Below the pieces are notes generated by a model. That model was not told the DNA's origin and did no database searches. It saw only the letters and a program-made list of their open reading frames with translations. A DNA stretch of 32,390 bases from Moniliella sp. 'wahieum' (lineage: Eukaryota): assembly GCA_003971905.1 (NCBI GenBank), contig RSEE01000130.1, positions 124,001-156,390 of the forward strand, written 5' to 3'. This document shows, piece after piece, positions 1 to 9,483 of the stretch (its first letter is position 1; the number at the start of each line of letters is the position of its first letter). Both the position numbers and the translations under genes were made by a program.

Positions 1-79
1 GCCCCAGCACGGCGCCAGTGCTGCGTGGCTGCATGCGGGCGTGGAGCAGCGCCGGGCGGAAGCAGCGGAAGCAGCGGGT

Positions 80-121
80 CACGTGGGCACGTGTCACCTG
101 GTCACGTGGCCTCCCCACGTG
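80..121. promoter_or_regulatory. Cluster of E-box (CACGTG) motifs
   Basis: CACGTG at 80, 88, 103 and 116, plus CACCTG at 95, within 42 bp. CACGTG is the bHLH (Cbf1/Pho4-type) consensus. The target gene is unknown. Confidence 0.4.
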
Positions 122-2416
122 ATGCCCACACTGTGCGCCATCGCCATTGCCCATGGTAAGCCCTCCTTCTCCATCCGAGTCGGTCCTGTTTCCTTGCTCT
201 CGCGTTCGCTGCGTAAACGGCCGTCTGGCCCATTGTCGAACACACCCATCCCAACAGCATCTCAATCAACACTCCATATGGCATAGTCCCCACAGGCCAG
301 CAATCCATGCGCCCTGGCGCATCTGTTCTCTAGGCATCGGTCCATCGACCCATTCTACTGCGCGAGAGAGACGTAGTATACGTGGCGCACTCGCGGCAAA
401 ACCGCCGCAACCTACTACCGTATTGTCAGTTGCGGGTGTCACCACCGCTGTGTCTCCTCGGAAAGCACCGCTCCCTCACATCGCATGGCAGTCGCATACC
501 ACACATGTGTTTATTCCTGCGGTAGCACACATGCCTCCCACCAACAGTGCACGTATCTCCAGACCCACCCCTTCTCCGCGGCTTGCTCGGCCTCAGATGT
601 CAGGGACATGTCCTCAGCTTTGGAGCGTAGCAATATACAGGACGGCAGAGCAGCACACAGCCGGGAGAAGTTGCCTGTGGTGGACATGTAATGGTCGATG
701 ATCTGAAGGATCATGTCAATGATCCCGGGGCTCATCAATCTATTGTTGGTTCTTCAGAATTTGGTCGTCTTGCGTTCAGCTTCGTTTTTGTCCTGCCATT
801 CGTAATCGAATCAATCCCTGTCGATCCAGTTCGTAGGTCCGAGTGCCTCCCTAAAGCCGAAAAATGCGGTGGACATTCTGGAGGGCGAGGAACGGGCACA
901 GACCAAGGCCTGCGACGGCGTGACAGAATGAGCCAGGCTCGACGAGAATCTCATGACTCAGGAACTCGACAGGACTCAAAAATACTCCAGGACCGCAAAC
1001 GAACAGTTCTGACCAACTACAACAGCACACAGCCTCTCTTCTGTTTTTTCGGGCAATATGCTTGAAGGGCATTCGGCGCTCAGCACGTTCATATCCGTGG
1101 CCTGAGGCCTTAGCCTAAGGCCAAAGACGTCAAGCTTGACACCGGCCGATGCAGACTCAGGCATGTGTGATGGATCATGATGATCTCAAAAATGTGGTTG
1201 AATTGGATCTTAGATGGATGGGTCCTTGGTCGTGTCCTGAATGGCTTTCTTTTTGGGGGGTTGAATATATTGGGGCGTGAGATTGAAACGCGTGACGTGT
1301 GAGAGTGAGAGTGAGATGCTGGACCCTACTCGGTTGCCACAGATAAGACCCTGAGGCCTGAGGCCTGAGGCCTTGCGCCCTACGCCTTACGCCTTTTACG
1401 TTGCGAACCATCCCCCGAGTGGCGCAACTGTCGGATGGAGTCACTATAGGCGTACTACTTACTCACTTGCCCGGAGGCAGCGCCGCGGCGTTCGCGTTCG
1501 ATTGGATTGCCCGTCCAAGGGGGTGCGCTTACGCGCTCGCTGTTCGCCAGCGTTCGCCCAAGAGCGCTCGGGCGACAAAACGTCAATGACGTTGACTTCC
1601 CCACAATGTCACACCACGCAACGGCGTTCGGCGTTGGGGCAGCACTCCTCCAACGGCAGCAGCAGAGCCCTGGTGTTTCTCGTCGCCACCGTGGGGGTCC
1701 CAGACACCGCCGCTTGCTCGCACCTGGCCAGGAGCACATGGCCCGCCCAGCCCTCGAGCACGCCACCACCCGCCCTCTCGTGCGAGCCGTGCGACGAGCA
1801 ATCGAGTAGGGGGCGAGTAGCAGTGCGTAGTGGCCTAGTGCCCGGAATGAATAGTGACCAGTGATAGTGAGCGCCATCGTGGCTTGCCGCTCGGCCCAGA
1901 AACAGCCCTGGCAGTGTCCTGTCTGCCCTGCCCTTCCCAGCCCCTATAGTGCCACCGAGAGCAGTCGCCAGTGACTAGTGACTTCCCTACTTATGACTCG
2001 GGGCCAACGACAGCACACAGCTATTTGGGGGGTTGTGAGGGCTGTGGGCAGCGTTTGCCCAAGTCTTTTGTGGTACCAGCTTTTTCCTCTCCTCATCTCG
2101 GCACTCCATGCCCCTTCTCTCGCCTACTCGCAGCTGGATGCGCCAAGTGGGCTGGGGTCCCCTACGCCACCTTATCGATTATAAACCGTGCATGTGCATT
2201 ACCACTCTGGTGACGTTCTCACAGAGCCAGCTGTGGGCCACAGATATATTCGTATTACCCAAAAGAAAAGTGTGCGCAGAATGACTACCTTGGTAGAGAT
2301 CACCCTGCCGATAGTTATCGACGCAGAACACTCTGTGTACCCAGCCTCACGTAGCCCACATTCACAGTGAATTGAGACGACTATAGTGGTTTTGTGCAGG
2401 GCAGTGCACTCTTCCG

Positions 2417-2424
2417 TTATAAAG
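2417..2424 (+). promoter_or_regulatory. Putative TATA box of the amino-acid permease gene
   Basis: TTATAAAG ~120 bp upstream of the ATG at 2539, followed by a CT-rich tract typical of fungal 5' UTRs. Confidence 0.35.
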
Positions 2425-2538
2425 TTGAAAGGCGTCAGAGGGTGGGACTCCCCCCTTTCTTTTCAACCCCCTTCTCCCCTTATTCCTCCCACCATCCATC
2501 CAGTACTCACCGCTTCCTCCCGCCTTCCTCCCCATCCG

Positions 2539-5043
2539 ATGTTTGGCGGCAACCTCGCCGGACTCTCATTGCAGGAGCCTGCTCCTGGACGGGATGAACT
2601 CGTGCACTCCCTGGCGTCGGCTGACCTCAAAGACATTGAAGTCGCCCCGACGTCCTCGGAGCACAAGTTGACCAGCACACCCGACATGACGTACCCGGAA
2701 AACAATTCATCCGTCTCTCTTGAAGAGTACATTACTGGGCCCAAGCCAACGTGAAGAGGAGCGCCAAGAAGAACTCAAGGGCCACGGCGCCCAGGGCGTC
2801 TCGATCCTCACCATCCTCCGCGGCATCTACAACAAAGCGTTCTGGGCTAAGCACATACCCCCGCACGGGCCGAGGCAGCACTGGTCGAGTCACCCCACCC
2901 CTCGATCGACGAAAAGGAATGGTCAAGCCCGAGACGCTCACCACCGACCTTTCCACACCCCAGCTGGAGGGCGTCACCGATCCCAAGACCCTCGAGGCAC
3001 TGACAACCGCTCGCACCATGCGCATGGCCGGTGCGACCAGCGTGTTTTTCTTAATTACCACTGACATTTTGGGCCCAGCTCAGCGCCTTATGGCATGAGC
3101 CAAAATGGGTGGGCACAAGGTACGTTTCCTTCCTCTTCCTCATCCTCGTTCTCGTTCTCGTTCTCGTTCTCGTGCTCCTTTCGTTCTTTTGCGGTTCATA
3201 GCTTTGGAGAACTTACGAGCTAACTAGCTAGTCTTTAGGCAACATCCTCTTCTTTGTATTGGCGCCTGTGCGTCGGCGGCGGCCGTTTCGCTCCAGTGGC
3301 TCTTTATGAAGCTCGACTCGTCCCGCTTCCCCGTCAAGACGTATGGCGACATTGGCCAACGGCTCATGGGACGCTGGATGCGCCACCTTATCTCCATCCT
3401 CCAGTTCCTCCAATTGATCGTCAATTGCGGTCTGCTGGTACTCAGCAACGCACAAGCTTTGATCCAAATCATCAACTCTATTCGCCTAAGCATGGACTCT
3501 GTTTGCCGTGGCCGTCGTCATTTTTGCCGCTATTGGTATGGTGCTTGCTCAGGGTACGTCTTACCCCCCTCCCTGGTCTAGTACACGTCAAAACTCCCCC
3601 CTCCTCGCTCCTCCTCTACTCGTTGCTTATACCTTCCCTTTTGATTCTTCCTTCCTGTTCTAACCCTCTGTCGTTCTCACCGTCTGCATTCAGTTCGCAC
3701 TCTTCGGGGCCTTGCCGGCCTGAGCAATGTCTCCACCATCCTCAACTGGACCATTGTCATTGTGAGGTACGTCTCTTTCTCCACTGCGTGCGATACTGCA
3801 TCCCACAAACAAGCTGGCTTGCACTGTGTTGTTGATTGGGCCGGAGCGGGACATGCTAACCAGAACACGTTTTGGAACTCAGTATGATCATAATCAAAGT
3901 GGAAGGATTTTCAGCCAACACTGTGGCGGTCCAGTTGGGCTTGACGGTGGAACAAGTGGAGCAGAACCACCAGTCGAAACTGCCTGGCCTCATCTCGACA
4001 TATCCGACCAGATCCAAGGTGTTAACCTGCTCGTCTTTGCCTACGGTGGCGCCATGATCTTCCCTGAGATCATGTCGGAGATGAAACAGCCAAAGTCGTT
4101 CTGGAAGGGATGTTGCCTGGCCCAGTTGGTCATTTATCTCGTTTACGTCATGTACGCCTGTGTCATCTACAGTGGTGGTACGTCGTGTCTTCCTTTTGTC
4201 CTTTTGTACTTCTCTGGTTGCTGCCCAGCAATCATCGTTCATCATTTTGTGATGAAGACTAACCTATTGTCTTCCCACGGGGCCAGTACTCTCTGGCGAT
4301 CGGGTACCAGATCATGAAGGAAGGTGCTGCTCTCACCGCCTGCAACGTAATGAGCATCATCACTGCCATCATTGCCGCTGCCATCTACGGCAACGTGGGC
4401 ATCCGGGTGAGCTACGCAGCCTGATTGAGGACATCTGCCATGGTCCCAACATGTTTAGTAGCGGTCGAAGCGGTAAAGTCATGTGGTCCATCTGGTCCAT
4501 CTTGTTCTGGGCTATTGCGTTATCATTGGTTCGGGCATCCCCAGATCAACTCCCTCTCTGGCTTGATCTCGGCCATTGCCATTGTCAACTTCTCGTACGT
4601 TATGTCCCCGATTTCTCTTAAACCCTTTGCTCTTTCTCTCTCCTGTTCTTCTTCTCTTCTTCGTCTTTTTTCTTGGTAGAGAGCTACTATGCTAACCGGA
4701 ACCTGACCGCACTAGAACTCGTTCCCCTTCTTGTTCCTCTGGATCTGGCTCGTGCATGCCGATGCGCTCAAGGCCGAAAGCCCCTGGCGCCCGCATGCCC
4801 TCACACGATCGACCACTGGAACCAATGGTCGCTTGCGCGCGGTCTGTTTGAAGGAGGCAAGTACACGTTCCCATACGGCATCACGCTGCCCGCATGGCTA
4901 GTCAAAAGTTTGTTTTGCTCCTGGCCTTGGGGGGTTTACCATGAGCGGCCCTCGGTCTCTACGCAGCGGCCATGTCCATCAAGAGCGCGTTCGCCGAAAG
5001 CGGCGCTACTCCTCTTCCTTTAGTTGCAAGCCCGCCCGTTTGA
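2539..5043 (+). CDS. Amino-acid permease/transporter, Aa_trans (Mtr-like, AAAP) family; 6 exons with several apparent frameshifts
   Basis: Family-typical peptides across ORF fragments: RMAGATSVFFLITTDILGP, MKLDSSRFPVKTYGDIGQRLMG...ILQFLQLIVNCGLLVLSNAQAL, LVFAYGGAMIFPEIMSEMKQPKSFWKG, and a C-terminal SFSC..PV*. GTACGT donors at 3120, 3554, 3767, 4178 and 4595, each followed by a pyrimidine tract, CTAAC and AG. Confidence 0.88.
3146..3172 (+). repeat. (CTCGTT)n microsatellite in intron 1
   Basis: Directly visible hexamer tandem repeat. Confidence 0.8.
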
Positions 5044-6452
5044 AGCTTTGGGTGCGTGGCATGCGTGGGCATCCAGTCCACCCTATATACCCTGCTGCTG
5101 GCCGCCAGTACCCCCTCCCCTCTACCATTTCATGACCTCCATCTCCTGGTCGGACTCCTCACTTGGACGATTTTGATCATTGGTGATATGTTAATAATGA
5201 TGACTTGAAGTGACGAGAATCCTTAAGACAAGTCTCTGTCTGGCAGCCCGATTTGAAGCCACGTCCATAACAAGAGCATTGCCAGAGTGTTAAGGACACC
5301 TTGAGTTGAATGACACAAAGTGTTGGGATCTAATGTGTGTAGGTCAACAAAGGTTTGGGTCCTTTCATCCCTTCGCGGCAAGGTTTATTTCAGGATAGCT
5401 TGCAGTGAGAATGGGATCGCTGTGTGATTGCGGATGAAGATGTGAGTGGGCGACATGACTCCTAACGGACCCACAGTGAGGACCATTGGCCTCTCAGATT
5501 GAACCGGCGACTTGGACCTATCTGCCAAATGACCTCGGAGCGGCAGCCTCCTATCGGACTCTCATGAGGCCCATGAGGTGGCAGCACACGGGTTAGCTTG
5601 CCCACACCTTCTCCCTTTTGTTGATCAGGGTCCTGTGGGCCAGCCACCTCCGCGGCACTCCGACCATCTTACTCATCCGGGCACCACGCCAGTATCCCTA
5701 TCGTTTGATGGCCTAGTGCCCCTCTCCCTTCTTCTTCTTCTGATCCTCAGTCTGGGTTCAACCCAGCTCTTGTCTTCTCTCTACCACTGCATACTTAAGG
5801 ACATCGCTGGTGAGACCAAGATCATTACCTTTCCTTTACTTTCCTGGAGAGTATACTAATCTCCGTCTCTTTGACCACGCAAATATATTCAACTGAGTTT
5901 CTGGGAGACCAATAGGGGTCGATGAGTGCCTGTGGCCCACAATGTTCGCCTATTATATGGCTCCGTCTACTCGTCTCCCATCGCATCCTCACTATGAAGA
6001 TAGAAAATTTCTAGTAGATCGACGTAGACGGTAGAAAGTTAATCTCTATTCCATACGCAAAAAGGATCGACCGTGCACTTTTACATCAGCCTGCCCCGTG
6101 CCACGTTCAACGCCACCCGCTGCCAGCAAGCATCGGTGATATTATTTCGTCTTTTTCCAGCGTGGAACGGTGGACCGGGGGAACGGTGGCTAAGGTGGCG
6201 ACCAAGTGCCAAGCTGGGGGGAAGCCCCAGCTGACCGGGCCGTAGGCCCGGTGGTCTCCTCGTTCTATATATTCTCTTGGGATAAACATTTTCTCTCTGG
6301 CTTGTTTACACCCTTTAGCATCTAGTAAACTTTGTTGGCATCCGCCCGAGGATCGCGCTGACGGACCCCGAGACACTTTTCCTTCCTTATGAGCTCTCAA
6401 CAGTCTCTTGGACCGTTCAGTCGCAGAAACACAACGTTCAGCGGTCACATAC

Positions 6453-6579
6453 TGTTGACATCCGTCCTAGGACCGCACGAACCCCAAGTCACGTGAGTCA
6501 GTTTTCATTCTTTCCGAGCTCGCACCAGTCTTCTGGACGAGTCAGTCGCAGAAGTTCCTTAGTCCAATACGGCGTTCAA
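6453..6579 (+). mobile_element. Left part of an older LTR of the same copia family, in opposite orientation (interrupted by the young element)
   Basis: Starts TGTTGACA and matches the reverse complement of the 6580-6738 LTR with scattered transitions. It continues at 9436-9483. Confidence 0.92.
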
Positions 6580-6738
6580 TGTCGGCCTCGCTACTACCAC
6601 AGAAGTGAGCACTGAACGTCGTATTGGACTAAGAAGCTTCTGCGACTGACTCGTCCAGAAGACTGGTGCGAGCTCGGAAGGAATGAAAGCTGACTCACGT
6701 GACTCAGGGTCCGCGCGGTCCTAGGACGGATGTCAACA
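6580..6738 (-). repeat. 3' LTR (159 bp)
   Basis: Direct repeat of 9271-9430. The PPT lies immediately upstream on the minus strand. Confidence 0.95.
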
Positions 6739-9216
6739 CCCCCGCTGACCGGAGGGCCCAGTCATGTGGACTGGATCCATCTCCTCGACGCGGAGTTGAG
6801 CAAGATGGCTTGTCAGGGCGGGACGGCCGAGAGGCTTGGTGAGGACGTCCGCTGGGTTCCTTTCGCCGGGGATGTGTACAAGTATGGCCTCGCCCGAGTC
6901 CACGTGTTGCCGTACATTGTGGTACCGGATCTTCAGCTCTCGGAGCTTGCCGGTGCTGCCAAATTTGTGGGCGAGATCGACGACAGACTTATTGTCGCAA
7001 TACCAATGAATGGGTGTACCCTCGCCGATGGCCCAAGCTCGATCATGATGTTCTTGACATAGTTGGCGTCAACCAGTCCATCATATCCTGCCGTATATTC
7101 GGCGGCGGCGGTACTGGTAACGCTCTTCGGCTGAAGAATGGATCGCCACGACACCGGCACACCGTACACCATCAGTAGGCATCCAGATGTGGAGCGTGCC
7201 TGGATGGGATCTCCCGCCAAGTCGGAATCTGTATACAGCGCAATGGCCGGTGCATCTGATGTTGGGGTCAACCTCAGGCCCTTTCCTCGAGTATGGTACA
7301 GGTAGCGAAGGAAGTCATCGACTGCTTCGCTAGTGCCACCGCGCATGTTGGGCAATCCCACTCTGAACGACAGAGGGAGATATGCTTGGCTGTGACGCGG
7401 AGGCCTGCGGTTTCCGATCGTGTAAGCCAGGGGAGGAGGTCGATGGCTGCGTGGTTCCAGCGTTTGTGGGCTTTAGAGACGTGGTCCAGGGCCAGGGATG
7501 CTGCGAGGGAGTTGGGGTTGAGGGTGGGTCGGCCGGTTTGATCGGTTTGGTCGCCATGGCCCGCAGGGGTGTGGGTGGCGTTCGCGGTTGTGTAAGATCG
7601 TGAATTGATAGTCACTGCCGGTTACTTTTCGTAGGGTGGATCCTGGGTTACCAAGCCAGATACCCTTCTGGTGTGGGGCGAAGTATGATGCGATTCCGGT
7701 GTTCGACAGGTGTGCTACACTGACGAGATTTCGGCTGAAACGGGGCATGTATAGGCTTTGGGGAGTTTTATCTCCATTTGGTGTCCTCCTAAGCATCGGA
7801 TACGGATTGTGGCCGTGCCTCGTCCTTCCGCCTTTACTGTGTCCCGTTAGCAACCTCTATCTCGTCGTCGCAAGGGGTCATGGATGTGAAGACGGATTTG
7901 TCTTTCCAAATGGATGGGAATGCCCCACTGTCATATAATGCCCGGATGATTCGCATTTCGCCCCGAGTTCCTAGTAGTCAGCTGTGCCCGCATCAACGTC
8001 AATCACTTCAGACTCGGGAGAGCTCGCTCTCTGAGCGACGTGAGCGTTGGCTCGGCCTGGGTTGCGCGGAGGGACAACAGGTTTATTAGACGTCGCGCTG
8101 CGCCAGGGTTGGTTGGTGCGGTCTTGCCCCTTGGTCTTTGTGTCCGCGAGGTTGTCGTCGCCGGCTTTGCCCCCGCTGGAGTTTTTTCCCCCGCTGGTGG
8201 GTCGTCCCCGCTGTCGGGTCGAGTCCAAGGCGTTCCTCCGTTGACCGGCTTGCCTCCGTTTCTCTTCCTTTCTCCACCGGGATACGTGGCGGCTGGTATG
8301 TCCATCACGGCCTGCCGTAACTTGTCTAGACTCGAGCGCTCTTCACGCTGGCGAATGCTCATGTCGCGTAAGCCGAGTAGGATCCCAGTGCGTTCCTGCT
8401 CTTCCGTAAGTGGGATGCCCGCTCGCGTCAGGCTTGCACTGATCTCTTCCATGTAGTCGAGGTAGTCTCGACCCGATCGGTTTCCTTGGTCGGCCGAAAA
8501 GTAGCGAATGAGTAGAGGCCCTCTGTTTGCGGTAGGCGTATATCCATACCGCTGACGCAGCATGTTCAGCGTGTCCTGGGTGCATGATATTTCGTGGTGG
8601 GTGCGGATCGTCCGGAAGAGGGTTGACGGCATGGCTTCCCTAAGAAGGTTGTGCAAGCGTCTGTCGAGGTCCTCGGTGAAGTAGCGGGAGCTGCGACCAT
8701 TCTGGACGACGTCGCTTGCGTGGGGGTGGGCATCTGTTATCGCGAAGAGAAATTCGTCTTCCCAAGCGCTGTAGGCGGACGGGTCTTTGTTCAGATCAGG
8801 CCACTTGATATTCTTGGTGGGAGACTCGCGTAGTGATCTGTAAAGGTCGTACTCGGGTCGCGAGGCTGCGCCTGTAGGTGCCCCAAAGTTGCGTTGGGTT
8901 GAGTTTCCATTTGGTGGATGTTTTGCACCACAAAATTCGTAGCCCGTCGAACCCAGTTTGTCGTGATAGACGTAGGTTCGTCCTTCCATCCAAGCCACTC
9001 GGCTCTGTCGTGTATAGCTCTGTTGATCTTCTCTTTAACGACATCGATGTCGTTCGTCTTCTTGAACCACAGGTGCGCTTCGGCGCAAAGCATCATGAGT
9101 TCCTCGTTGTCGGTGCCAATCGGTGGCGGATCGCGACCGGTTGGTGTCCAGTAATCGCGCTTGTTCACCATTGTGGTGTCGCTGACCGAGAGATCGGTGT
9201 TAGCGTTGGCGCCCAT
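6733..9216 (-). pseudogene. Copia gag-pol remnant: gag (UBN2-like), aspartic protease, HHCC zinc finger, RNase H; integrase core and reverse transcriptase missing
   Basis: Gag-like YSAWEDEF...LRQRY...DYLDYMEEI; protease ALYDSGA (~7920-7945) and LYMPRFSRNLVSV; HKRWNH...CPTC; Ty1 RNase H YTDSDLAGD..RSTSG..VSWRS..Q..TSTAAAEY, YCDNKS and NPADVLTKPL. The stop TGA falls in the first bases of the 3' LTR. Several frameshifts. Confidence 0.9.
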
Positions 9217-9270
9217 GGTTGTGGGTGTAGTTTTGGCCAGCTCAGGGATGAGCAGATAAGGATGTAACTC

Positions 9271-9430
9271 TGTCGGCCTCGCTACTACCACAGAATGTGA
9301 GCACTGAACGTCGTATTGGACTAAGAAGCTTCTGCGACTGACTCGTCCAGAAGACTGGTGCGAGCTCGGAAGGAATGAAAGCTGACTCACGTGACTCAGG
9401 GTCCGCGCGGTCCTAGGACGGATGTCAACA
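9271..9430 (-). repeat. 5' LTR (160 bp)
   Basis: Direct repeat of 6580-6738, upstream of the gag ATG (9216) on the minus strand. Confidence 0.95.
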
Positions 9431-9435
9431 TTCAA

Positions 9436-9483
9436 TGCTCACATCCTGTGGTAGTAGCGAGGGTGGTAGTATCCAGGCCGACA
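9436..9483 (+). mobile_element. Right part of the older inverted LTR
   Basis: TGCTCACATCCTGTGGTAGTAGCGAG...GGCCGACA continues the 6453-6579 copy exactly where the TTCAA target site cuts it. It carries a short internal duplication of GTGGTAGTA. Confidence 0.9.

Larger units (their letters stand above)
6580..9430 (-). mobile_element. Ty1/copia LTR retrotransposon, internally deleted (non-autonomous), 2851 bp
   Basis: LTRs at 6580-6738 and 9271-9430 (TG...CA) are identical apart from a 1-bp indel. TTCAA is duplicated at 6575-6579 and 9431-9435. A purine-rich PPT (AGCGGGGG on minus) abuts the 3' LTR. Domains are in copia order. Confidence 0.95.

Noticed and set aside
41..2400. Many 60-184 aa ORFs upstream of the permease
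   Set aside because: No recognisable motifs, overlapping on both strands, and expected by chance in GC-rich DNA.
7960..7980. TAG between gag and protease as programmed readthrough or frameshift
   Set aside because: The protease motif is in a different frame from the TAG, and indel errors are common in this window, so recoding cannot be told from error.
9217..9435. N-terminal extension of ORF 8791-9435 through the whole 5' LTR
   Set aside because: It begins at a non-ATG codon in the target site. An open frame across 160 bp is unremarkable, and the ATG at 9216 after the PBS is the plausible gag start.
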